A stretch of DNA of 64,000 bases from an uncultured Blautia sp. (GTDB taxonomy: Bacteria; Bacillota; Clostridia; Lachnospirales; Lachnospiraceae), in NCBI GenBank assembly GCA_937893675.1, contig CALBGI010000055.1, forward strand, positions 11,164 through 75,163, written 5' to 3'. Positions 10,526 through 19,741 of this stretch are shown one piece after another (within the stretch, counting starts at the first letter, position 1; each line of letters begins with the position of its first letter). Below the pieces are notes generated by a model. The model did no database searches, had not been told where the DNA came from, and worked only from the letters and a program-made list of their open reading frames with translations. The position numbers and the translations under genes are program-made.

Positions 10526-11566
10526 ATGGCAGTAATGACTGTATTGGGAAAGAAAAATGCAGAAGAGTTGGGAATCTGTGCACCTCATGAACATATTTAT
10601 ATTGACATGAGTGTATTTTTTACACCTCCGGAAGAGATTGGTATGAAAAAGGTGGCATATGGACCGGTAACCATGGAGTCACTAGGTATATTAAGAAGAA
10701 ATCCATTTGCTGTACTGGACAATGTGCAGATGATGGATGAAGAGACACAGCTGGAAGAAATTATGGCCTTTAAAAGTGCAGGAGGGCAGACTATTGTAGA
10801 TGCGTCGTCAGTGGGCCTTGGAAGAGATCCAGAACTTTTGGCACGTGCGGCAGCAAAAACGGGATTAAATATCATAGCTGGAGCAGGATTTTATGTAGAG
10901 GGAGCACAAAAAGAAGAAATTCTTGCCATGAGTGTTCAGGATATAGAAGAACAGATTATACAAGAAATCGAGAAAGAAATTGGACATAGCGGAATTAAGG
11001 CAGGATTTATTGGAGAAATCGGAATCAGCCATATCATGTTTCCTTTTGAGAAAAAATCGTTGATAGGAGCCTGTCGTGCACAGATAAAAACAGGAGCTCC
11101 GTTGATGATACACATTAATCCGTGGTCTACTCAAGGATATGAGGCAATGGAAATTGTGAAGGAACATCAGATCAAACCGGAGCAAGTGGTTATTTGCCAC
11201 AGCGATGTAGAAAATAGGGAAGATTATATATTTAGACTTTTGGATATGGGCGTATATGTGGAATTTGACAACTGGGGAAAAGAAATGTTTACAGACCGCT
11301 GGGACGTAAAACCGGGATCTGGTCGTTTTGTCAATGACTGGGAAAGAGCATTGTTGGTGAAAAAAATTATTGACCGTGGCTATGGCAGCCAGATGCTTTT
11401 ATCAACAGATTTATGTCTGAAGTCTTTGTTGCATAGGTATGGTGGCTGGGGCTATGACCATATATTAAAACACATTGTTCCTATGCTGGACGAAGTGGGT
11501 GTTAACAGGAAAGAGATAGAGCAGATGCTTATTACGAATCCTGCGCGATGGCTTGACAGCAAATAA
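10526..11566 (+). CDS. Phosphotriesterase-family (PTER/Php-like) amidohydrolase
   Basis: PHEH, IGEIG (bridging Glu), MIH, ICHSD, LSTD metal ligands; YGGWGY..I, NPARWL. Confidence 0.92.
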   Translation: MAVMTVLGKKNAEELGICAPHEHIYIDMSVFFTPPEEIGMKKVAYGPVTMESLGILRRNPFAVLDNVQMMDEETQLEEIMAFKSAGGQTIVDASSVGLGRDPELLARAAAKTGLNIIAGAGFYVEGAQKEEILAMSVQDIEEQIIQEIEKEIGHSGIKAGFIGEIGISHIMFPFEKKSLIGACRAQIKTGAPLMIHINPWSTQGYEAMEIVKEHQIKPEQVVICHSDVENREDYIFRLLDMGVYVEFDNWGKEMFTDRWDVKPGSGRFVNDWERALLVKKIIDRGYGSQMLLSTDLCLKSLLHRYGGWGYDHILKHIVPMLDEVGVNRKEIEQMLITNPARWLDSK

Positions 11567-11577
11567 GGAGGCGCAGT

Positions 11578-13071
11578 ATGGGCGAAGTAATTTTGAAAAT
11601 GCAGGATATCACGAAGCGATTTCCAGGTGTTTTGGCACTTGATAAGGTAAATATCACATTAAATAGAGGAGAAATACTGGCACTAGTTGGAGAAAACGGA
11701 GCCGGGAAATCTACGTTACTAAAAATTTTGTCAGGTGCTTATACAAAAGATGAAGGTATGGTTGAGTATAATGGGAAAATGATTGAAGGATATACTCCAA
11801 ATGAAGCGATTCAGATGGGGATCAGCATTATATATCAGGAGCTTGACAATTATGGCCCTTTGACAGTTACTGAAAATATTTTGGTGAATTCTATGCCAAA
11901 AAAGGGTGGAAAAAGAGGGCCGATTGACTGGAAAAAAGCAAACAGGATTGCCCAGGAACTCATCAGTCAAATAACAGATGAAATCGATGTGACGGAAAGA
12001 GTAAGCAATTTAACTGCAGCACAACAGCAACTGGTCGAAATTGCGAAAGCTATGAGCAGAAATATGCAGGTTCTTATTATGGATGAACCGACATCTGCTT
12101 TAAACCGTGTTGAGACAGAGCAGTTGATGAAAATTGTAAAACAGTTGGCTGAAAAAGGTGTCAGTATTATTTATATTTCTCATCGGATGGATGAAATTTT
12201 TGCTCTTTCAGATCGAATTCAGGTTATGCGTGACGGAAAAAGCGTCTCTTCATTTATTACATCTCAAACAAATGAAGAAGAGATTGTTAGAGAAATGGTA
12301 GGAAGAACTCTCGATAGTATGTATCCTCATGTGCCACAGATTCCTGGCGAGTGTATTCTGAAAGTGAATCATTTAACCTGCGGAAAAGCAAAAGATGTAA
12401 GTTTTCAATTGCGCCGAGGGGAAATTCTTGGTCTGTTTGGCCTTATGGGGGCTGGAAGAACCAGTGTTGTAAGAGGATTGTTTGGTGACTCTTATCTTAA
12501 GGAAGGTTCCATAGAAGTTATGGGACAGAATATAAAAAATAACAGTCCGCAGGATGCAATACGAAACAAGATTGCTTATGTACCTAATGAACGAAAACTG
12601 GAAGGGCTGATGCTATCTGAATCTGTGAGGTTTAATACAAGCATTGCAGTGATTGACAGCCTTCAAAAACAAGGCAGCTTGGACAAACAAGCAGAGAAAG
12701 AAATGGCGGAAAAGTGGATCAAAAAACTTGGGATTCGTACTCCATCTGGAGAAACCAGGGTAGATACTTTAAGTGGGGGGAATCAACAAAAAGTGATTAT
12801 TGCAAGATGGTTGGAAACGAAACCGAACATCCTGATTCTCAATGATCCGACCAGAGGAATTGATGTGGGAGCAAAAGCAGAGATATACAGCCTTATGGAA
12901 GATTTATGCCGGCAGGGGATAGGAATTATTATGATTTCTTCTGAACTGCAGGAAACGCTTTCCATGGCGGATAGGATTTTGGTAATGAGTGAGGGAAAGG
13001 TCACAGGTGAGGTGCTGAGAGAAGAAGCAACACAGGAAAGCCTTATGAAGTTAGCGGTAGGAGGTATGTAG
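11578..13071 (+). CDS. Sugar ABC transporter ATP-binding protein (RbsA-like, two NBDs)
   Basis: GENGAGKST, MDEPTS, LSGGNQQK, PTRGIDVGAK. Confidence 0.95.
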   Translation: MGEVILKMQDITKRFPGVLALDKVNITLNRGEILALVGENGAGKSTLLKILSGAYTKDEGMVEYNGKMIEGYTPNEAIQMGISIIYQELDNYGPLTVTENILVNSMPKKGGKRGPIDWKKANRIAQELISQITDEIDVTERVSNLTAAQQQLVEIAKAMSRNMQVLIMDEPTSALNRVETEQLMKIVKQLAEKGVSIIYISHRMDEIFALSDRIQVMRDGKSVSSFITSQTNEEEIVREMVGRTLDSMYPHVPQIPGECILKVNHLTCGKAKDVSFQLRRGEILGLFGLMGAGRTSVVRGLFGDSYLKEGSIEVMGQNIKNNSPQDAIRNKIAYVPNERKLEGLMLSESVRFNTSIAVIDSLQKQGSLDKQAEKEMAEKWIKKLGIRTPSGETRVDTLSGGNQQKVIIARWLETKPNILILNDPTRGIDVGAKAEIYSLMEDLCRQGIGIIMISSELQETLSMADRILVMSEGKVTGEVLREEATQESLMKLAVGGM

Positions 13072-13072
13072 G

Positions 13073-14041
13073 ATGGAAAATGGGCTAGCTATTAAGAAAA
13101 GAATTTTGAAAGGCGGAAGTAGCGAAATTACAATTTGTATAGCGTATATTGGATTGTGCCTTATTTTTTCGATTCTTTCTCCTAATTTTTTATCAATCAG
13201 AAATTTTGTAAACATTGGTGTTTATTCATCGATTATGGGAATTACAGCTGCGGCAACTACATTAGTGTTGATTTCAGGATGTATTGATATTTCGGTAGGA
13301 GCAACGATGGGGCTTGCTGGGATGATTAGTGCACTTTTACTGAAAGCGGGAGTACCCATTGTAATTGCAGTAGCAGTAGCATTGGCAGCAGGAGCGGCAG
13401 TAGGTGTATTTAACGGTCTTCTTGTATCTAAGGGGAAAATTGTGCCAATGATCGCAACTCTTGCAAGTATGTCTATTGTCCGGGGAATTGCCTATCTGAC
13501 AAATGGGGGGATTTCCATTGTTATCAGCAATAAACAGTTTACCTGGCTTGGACGAGGATATGTAGGACCGATACCGTTTATTCTAATTGTAATTGCAGTC
13601 GTATATATTGCGGTACACTATTTAGCGCGTTACACTGCATATGGAAGAAAGTTGTATGCAACTGGAGCAAATCAAAGAGCAGGATACTTGGCGGGTATCA
13701 ATACAGATAAAACAATTCTTGGTGTATATGTACTCAACGGTGTCTTTGCAGGTCTATCAGGCGTTTTAATGGCAGCTCAGTCAGGAGCAGGTTTACCGAC
13801 AGCGGGCGATACATATGAGATGACTATTATATCTGCATGTGTACTTGGTGGGACTTCCATTAATGGTGGAAAAGGAAATGTTTGGGGAACATTGGTGGGG
13901 GTTCTTTTGTTGACAACTATTTCAAATGGTTTGACAATGCTTGGAATATCCAGCTTTTGGCAGCAAATTATCAAAGGAACAATCCTTGTTGTAGCAGTGC
14001 TGATTGATGCATGGAGAAGCGGAAGTTATAAGAAAGTGTAA
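13073..14041 (+). CDS. Sugar ABC transporter permease (RbsC-like)
   Basis: GCIDISVG, YGR..YA.G.N, ISACVLGGTSINGGKG. Confidence 0.93.
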   Translation: MENGLAIKKRILKGGSSEITICIAYIGLCLIFSILSPNFLSIRNFVNIGVYSSIMGITAAATTLVLISGCIDISVGATMGLAGMISALLLKAGVPIVIAVAVALAAGAAVGVFNGLLVSKGKIVPMIATLASMSIVRGIAYLTNGGISIVISNKQFTWLGRGYVGPIPFILIVIAVVYIAVHYLARYTAYGRKLYATGANQRAGYLAGINTDKTILGVYVLNGVFAGLSGVLMAAQSGAGLPTAGDTYEMTIISACVLGGTSINGGKGNVWGTLVGVLLLTTISNGLTMLGISSFWQQIIKGTILVVAVLIDAWRSGSYKKV

Positions 14042-14069
14042 TTTAGGATAATTATAAGAAAGGCGGAGA

Positions 14070-14447
14070 ATGACTGTGAATGGAAAAAAGTCGTGGTTTA
14101 TTGTAGATGGATACAGACCTCCAGAAGAAAAGGGCGGTGCAGATGATTATGTGGGACATGAATGTATCATGATTTTGAATTGCAATGACAGAGATGCACA
14201 TGTGGAAATTGATGTATATTATCCAGATAAGGAACCGGTATTAGGAATACCATATTTGGCTCCCGCAAGGCGTGTTCGGGCATTCCGTACAAATGATAAA
14301 TCAGTATTTGGAGAATTGGATCTTGGAATCGGCAATCAGTATTCTTTAAATATCAGAAGTGATGTAGATGTCATTGTCCAATATGGACGTCTCGATATTA
14401 ATCAGGACAATATGGCCTACATGGCAACGTTAGGATATTCAGACTAA
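14070..14447 (+). CDS. Anabaena sensory rhodopsin transducer (ASRT)-family beta-sandwich protein
   Basis: GKK.W.I.DGY.P, HE..MILN....A...I..YY.D.EP, PARR, YS..I.SDV.VIVQY.RLD pattern. Confidence 0.8.
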   Translation: MTVNGKKSWFIVDGYRPPEEKGGADDYVGHECIMILNCNDRDAHVEIDVYYPDKEPVLGIPYLAPARRVRAFRTNDKSVFGELDLGIGNQYSLNIRSDVDVIVQYGRLDINQDNMAYMATLGYSD

Positions 14448-14626
14448 CTGTCAAAAGAAAATCCTTCCTGTGGGCAGAATAAAGTAAGCTAGGACAGAAA
14501 AAATATGGTATTTTTATCCAAAATACATGGCCGCAAGTAAGATTCTATGTTAGTATGAAGATAAGACTAGCAGTTACGTAAAACTTGGAAAAAAGTATCA
14601 GATTATTCGGAGCAGGGAGGAATAGT

Positions 14627-15583
14627 ATGGTTTCAATGAAGGACATTGCAAAGGAATTGAATTTGTCCAGATGTACGGTTTCCAATATACTGAACAATAA
14701 ACTGGAACAGTACAGCTATCGCAAAGAAACAGTAGATGCGGTGCGCCGAAAAGCAGAAGAAATGGGTTATGTGATGAACAATCTGGCACAGTCTTTAAAA
14801 ACAGGTTCCGCACATATGATTGCGCTGGTGATACCAGATATTTCAAGCACTTTTTATATCAATATTATTCAGGAAATAGAAAGAAAAGCATTTGAAAATA
14901 ATTATGAGTTGATCATTTGTGTTACAGAAGAAAATCTGGATAAAGAAAAGCGTGTACTGGAAACCTTGAAAAAGAGGCGCGTAGACGGTGTTATTATCGC
15001 GGCAGTATCGTATACGGAGTCAGAAATAGAAGAGGATGCATACAAAGTTGTATTGTTTGATCGTATTACACAAAATACAGATTTGATAAGTGTGACGGTG
15101 GACGATAGAAAGGCTGCTTATGAGTTAACATTGAAAATACTGGATAAAGGCTTTAAAAGACCTATTTTTGCGGCGACGTCGCCTTGGGACTATACGGTAC
15201 AGTGCCGTTTGGAAGGATATAAAAAAGCCCTTGCTCAATATGGAGTTCCCTTTCGGGAGGAACTTGTATTTTATAACTGTTACCATGAACTGGATGCATA
15301 TGATATGATAAACCATATTTTGAATGAAGGAAAGATCGCTTTTGATTCTATTATTTCGACAACAAATGAAATTGTGTTTGGCGTGATGAAAGCACTGGGC
15401 GATAATTTTACTCGAATCGGTTATGGCGGATTTTACTCTTTTAATGGCTCTTCATTCATGGGAGAACGAATTGTTAATGTGATACCGCCGCCAGATATGG
15501 CGGAAAAAGCGTTTCAGTTATTGATGTCTAGTATTGAAGGTAAGCAGGTGGAAAGTGCAGTGCTTGATGTAAAAATTAAATAA
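14627..15583 (+). CDS. LacI-family transcriptional regulator (island regulator 2)
   Basis: VSMKDIAKELNLSRCTVSNILN HTH, GYVMNNLAQSL hinge; GGGAGG RBS before ATG 14627. Confidence 0.92.
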   Translation: MVSMKDIAKELNLSRCTVSNILNNKLEQYSYRKETVDAVRRKAEEMGYVMNNLAQSLKTGSAHMIALVIPDISSTFYINIIQEIERKAFENNYELIICVTEENLDKEKRVLETLKKRRVDGVIIAAVSYTESEIEEDAYKVVLFDRITQNTDLISVTVDDRKAAYELTLKILDKGFKRPIFAATSPWDYTVQCRLEGYKKALAQYGVPFREELVFYNCYHELDAYDMINHILNEGKIAFDSIISTTNEIVFGVMKALGDNFTRIGYGGFYSFNGSSFMGERIVNVIPPPDMAEKAFQLLMSSIEGKQVESAVLDVKIK

Positions 15584-15626
15584 TATGCTTGTTGTTCAGC
15601 AGTAAGCAGGAATATTTTACCCCAAA

Positions 15627-15642
15627 ATATACTCGAGTATAC
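15627..15642. promoter_or_regulatory. Third TATACTCGAGTATA operator, upstream of the second M24-fold gene
   Basis: Perfect 14-bp palindrome at 15628-15641 with the same core as the 9256/9282 sites. Confidence 0.78.
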
Positions 15643-15664
15643 ATGAGCCGAAAAGGAGGTAACT

Positions 15665-16843
15665 ATGAAACCGAGAATTGAACATGAGGAATTTTTAAAA
15701 CGAATTGAAAAGACACAGCAGGAAATGAAAAAAGAAAATCTGGATTTGCTTTTTGCCTATGGAAATGAGGCAGAACCGCAATATATTCGTTATTACAGTA
15801 ATTATTGGCCAAGCTTTGAGGTGGCGGGAGTATTGATTCCAGTGGAGGGAGAGCCAATTTTAATTATTGGACCGGAAAGTGAAACTTTTGCAGGGTCTGT
15901 TTCTCATATTGTGAAAATCAGAAAAGTTTTGGCATTCCGCGAATCCTCAGAACCGGAGTACCCAGGAGCTGTTTTATGTACTATGGAAGAAGTAATTAAG
16001 GAAGCGATGAGTGGAAAAGAACTGAAAAATATCGGAATGGTAGGAGGATGCTTAATTTCACATGTAGTTCATTTGGCACTGCAAGAAGCCTTAGAAAATT
16101 TAGGAAATCCAAAGCTTATTAAAGCAGATATGCTGGTATCAAAGCTAAGAGCAATTAAATCTCCAGCAGAGATTGCCTGTATGAAAGAAGCTTATAGAAT
16201 TACGCAGGCTGCGATGAATAAAGTGCTTGATACGATTGCGGTAGGTATGACAGAAGAGCAAGTACGTGGTGTGGCAGTGAGTGTTATGTATGAAGAAGGG
16301 GCGGAAGGGGAAGCTTACCCATGCTGGGTTCTTGCCGGCGAAGGTTCTAATCTGGCAATAGGAAGATGCCGGGGGCACGTAATCCAGGCGGGAGATTTGG
16401 TACATATCCAGATAGGAGCTCGTTATCAGGGATATGCGTCTACAATTGGACGTGCTGTTGTTATGGGAAAGGCTACAGAAGAACAGAAAAACCTGATTAT
16501 GGCCAGTTTGGCAGGGCAGAAAGCTATTCTGGAAACCGCAAAAGCTGGTATAGAAGCAAAAGTAGTTAATGATGCGCACTATCAGGCAATCGAAGCATTA
16601 GGACAGGAAAAACATATTCTATATGGACCATGCCATGGGACAGGACTTATGGAAGGAGAATATCCTTGGATTGAGTCAAATTCAGAGTTTATTCTTGAAG
16701 AAGGAATGACTTTCTGTACATGTGTATATCTTGGGGATAATGATTTAAAAATGGGGGTAAGATTTGAAGATGGTTTTCTTGTAACAAAAGAAGGCACAGA
16801 ATCTTTTTCAGATTGTAGGAGAGAATTGATTGAAATTTATTAA
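15665..16843 (+). CDS. Second M24 (aminopeptidase P/creatinase-fold) hydrolase with non-canonical metal site
   Basis: IRYYSNYWPSFE resembles LRYVSNYWPIFE of the 8002 gene; LRAIKSPAEI, HGTG, GVRFEDG; both Asp and one Glu ligand substituted. Confidence 0.85.
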   Translation: MKPRIEHEEFLKRIEKTQQEMKKENLDLLFAYGNEAEPQYIRYYSNYWPSFEVAGVLIPVEGEPILIIGPESETFAGSVSHIVKIRKVLAFRESSEPEYPGAVLCTMEEVIKEAMSGKELKNIGMVGGCLISHVVHLALQEALENLGNPKLIKADMLVSKLRAIKSPAEIACMKEAYRITQAAMNKVLDTIAVGMTEEQVRGVAVSVMYEEGAEGEAYPCWVLAGEGSNLAIGRCRGHVIQAGDLVHIQIGARYQGYASTIGRAVVMGKATEEQKNLIMASLAGQKAILETAKAGIEAKVVNDAHYQAIEALGQEKHILYGPCHGTGLMEGEYPWIESNSEFILEEGMTFCTCVYLGDNDLKMGVRFEDGFLVTKEGTESFSDCRRELIEIY

Positions 16844-16864
16844 ATCATCGTAGTTTTCCTTTGG

Positions 16865-16906
16865 AGCCGGAAATATGGACATATTGTCCTGTTTCCGGCT
16901 ATTTTT
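16865..16906 (+). terminator. Intrinsic terminator at the island end
   Basis: AGCCGGAAA...TTTCCGGCT followed by ATTTTT. Confidence 0.75.
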
Positions 16907-16972
16907 GCCAGTTATGTACAAGAAAAATTTTTCATAGAGTGTAACAAAAGGATCTTTAGTGGAGCATGACAG

Positions 16973-18718
16973 ATGCCGGACCAGAAACTTGACAACCTGT
17001 TGAACCTTGCACTAAGTGCGACAGAGCAGGAGCGGGAAAAATCGGGAAATCTGAACGTGGGATATGACCAGGAGCTGCGCCTATGGGATGTGCTTGTGAA
17101 ATACAATGGAGACACGTCGGGGCTGGAGGGACCCGGCGTTTTTGCAGTGCCTCTTCTGGGAGATTATGCAGTGGTAACCTTGCCGGAGAGCGAGCTGGAG
17201 AATTACGCCAGACGTCCGCAGATCGAGTTTGTGGAGATTCCCAAAAGATTATTTTTTGCAGATTATGCGGCAAATCAGGCAAGCTGTATCACTTCGCTCC
17301 AGACAGGACGAAGCGGGCGTGGGGGAACAGACAATCTTACGGGAAAAGGAATTCTCATCGGGATTGTAGATTCGGGCGTGGATTACTGGCATCCGGATTT
17401 CCGGAACCCGGACGGAACCACCAGGATCCTTCGGCTTTGGGATCAGGAAATATCAGGAAATCCTCCGGCGGGGTATGTGCTGGGTACAGAATACACAAAA
17501 GAGCAGATAGATCTGGCGTTGATTTTACCGGAAAGAGAGGGGCGCGAACTTGTACCAAGTCAGGACTTGAGCAGACATGGGACAGCTGTTCTTGGGATTG
17601 CAGCAGGTAATGGACGGGCATCGGAAGGTATGAGCCGAGGTGTGGCTTTTGAAAGTGAGCTGGTGGTTGTAAAGCTGGGAAGGCCAAGAGAAAATTCTTT
17701 TCCCAGGACAACAGAGTTGATTCAGGGGATAGATTACCTTGTGCGTATGTCCAGAGAACTTGGAAGACCTATGGCAATTAATCTGAGCTTTGGAAATAAT
17801 TATGGATCCCATCGTGGAGATTCTCTGGTGGAAACCTACATTGACAATGTATCTGACATTGGACGGTTGGTACTCTGTACCGGAACCGGAAATAATGGCA
17901 GTGATGCTCTTCACACCGGGGGAAAGCTTTCTTCCGGAGAGCGTACAGAGGTGGAGTTTGGCGTTGGAGCTTATGAAACAACTCTGAATGTTCAGCTTTG
18001 GAAAGACTACGAGGACGAAATAGAAATCTATGTGGAGAATCCAGCCGGAGAGCGGATCGGACCACTGTACGAAGAGCTTGGAGCACAGAGGTACAGACTG
18101 GGGAATACCGAGCTTTTGATCTATTATGGAAAGCCGGCGCCCTATCATGTGACGCAGGAGATTTATTTTGACTTTCTTCCAACACGAAGTTTTGTGGACA
18201 GCGGTGTGTGGAAAGTGATTTTACAGGGAAAACAAGTGAAGAGCGGAGAATATTTTCTGTGGATGCCGGGAGGAAATGTACTGAATCCCGGGACAAATTT
18301 TTATCTTCCAAGAGCACAGGGAACGCTGACGATCCCCTCCACTTCGGGGAAGATTATTTCCGTGGGCGCATACGATTCCGCCCGGAATTCCTATGCGGAT
18401 TTTTCTGGAAGAGGGAGCGATTTTCTACCCCGGCGAAAGCCGGATCTGGCAGCTCCGGGCGTCAACATAACAGCGCCGGTTCCAGGCGGAAGGTATGATA
18501 CAGTGACCGGGACTTCATTTGCGACACCGTTTGTTACCGGAGCGGCAGCGCTGTTGATGGAGTGGGGGATTGTGAGAGGGAATGATCCGTTTTTGTATGG
18601 GGAAAAGGTGAAAGCGTATCTGAGGCGTGGAGCAAAGCCGCTGCCGGGATATGGGGAATATCCGAATGCGGAAGTGGGATGGGGAACGCTGTGCGTGGGT
18701 GACAGTATACCAGATTAA
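16973..18718 (+). CDS. S8 subtilisin-like protease, clostridial Csp (germination protease)-like
   Basis: Intact triad GIVDSG / HGTAV / GTSFATP; LWDQ motif and large insertion typical of CspA/B; no signal peptide. Confidence 0.85.
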   Translation: MPDQKLDNLLNLALSATEQEREKSGNLNVGYDQELRLWDVLVKYNGDTSGLEGPGVFAVPLLGDYAVVTLPESELENYARRPQIEFVEIPKRLFFADYAANQASCITSLQTGRSGRGGTDNLTGKGILIGIVDSGVDYWHPDFRNPDGTTRILRLWDQEISGNPPAGYVLGTEYTKEQIDLALILPEREGRELVPSQDLSRHGTAVLGIAAGNGRASEGMSRGVAFESELVVVKLGRPRENSFPRTTELIQGIDYLVRMSRELGRPMAINLSFGNNYGSHRGDSLVETYIDNVSDIGRLVLCTGTGNNGSDALHTGGKLSSGERTEVEFGVGAYETTLNVQLWKDYEDEIEIYVENPAGERIGPLYEELGAQRYRLGNTELLIYYGKPAPYHVTQEIYFDFLPTRSFVDSGVWKVILQGKQVKSGEYFLWMPGGNVLNPGTNFYLPRAQGTLTIPSTSGKIISVGAYDSARNSYADFSGRGSDFLPRRKPDLAAPGVNITAPVPGGRYDTVTGTSFATPFVTGAAALLMEWGIVRGNDPFLYGEKVKAYLRRGAKPLPGYGEYPNAEVGWGTLCVGDSIPD

Positions 18719-18827
18719 AATCAGATATAAGAATATTGCAGTTAGAAGAACGGCATGCCATGGTATATACACAATGTGTAAAAAAGAAACGAGAGAACAT
18801 ATAAAAATGAAGGATAAAATAAAAGAA

Positions 18828-19554
18828 TTACGGGAAAGCGGGAGAGGGCTTGTTGGACATAATGATTTTGGGGTTTAAATTTGCGGCAAAGTTTTCTTTG
18901 TTGCTCCATGGACTGCAGGAGATTTTTTTGATATTGGGAATGGTCTGAACGATTGCCAAGCGGTCGTCCAGCCGTTCACAGCATCCATAATAAAGCATGC
19001 CAAAGTTTGCTGCCAACTGTTTTGCATAAGGAATTAGGCCCAAATTGTTTGCCTGATGAATCCCGTTTAATGTGGCCTGAGTCATACGATTCATGATCTG
19101 ATGGATAAAATCTGGGCGGTCTGCCAAATCAAAATAAATGTTTTCAACTCCCATAAACTCGGACAGAATATCCCAAATTTGCAGCTTTATATTGGCGCCT
19201 CCGGCTTGGCGTACAGGTAAAATTCCATCAAAAATAAATTGGGAAATATCTGCCCATTCCCGTGATGTCTGTATATCAACGGAGAGATTCAAGTTCTGTA
19301 TTTTCCCGACATCTTCTTCTGTTTTCAAAGTTTTGGGAAATAAAGGGTTCTTGGGTAACGCAGGTAAGAGAACCGTCATAATTCAGGTCATGCCATGGAA
19401 TCTGATCGATCATCACCATGGGGCGGACCTCGTCGCGTCGGTTGAAGGATTTCCAAAGATTCATTTTTTCTCTTTGAACGGGAAGCGAGGCAATTTCCAT
19501 ATAGCTGTTTGCAAGCGTCCGTAAGACAGACAGTTCTCCAGTTGTAATATCCAT
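18828..19554 (-). pseudogene. Eroded UroD/methyltransferase-superfamily-like gene (deletions and frameshift)
   Basis: GGAGGT RBS and ATG 19554; N-terminal piece (LP.QREK..LW..FN...VRPMV.IDQIPW) is out of frame with the C-terminal piece (MG.E...DL.D.PD..H, YGCCE.L, ISCSPW, NKP.P); premature end. Confidence 0.7.
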
Positions 19555-19741
19555 TTTTAGATACCTCCTTTTTATTTTAGGATAGCAGAACCATACAAAA
19601 AGGAAACCGGAGATAGAGAGAAAAAACACTGGAAAAATGACATGGTAAAGAAAGATATTTTACAATTCTGGAAGACTGTTGCAAAATAATAACGATTGTG
19701 AGATTATAGAATATATTGTGTGCACAACAGGAGGAGGGAAG

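Noticed and set aside
6639..16910. Island as a defined mobile element (ICE, prophage or transposon)
   Set aside because: No integrase, transposase, tRNA target or flanking direct repeats seen; only a compositional shift
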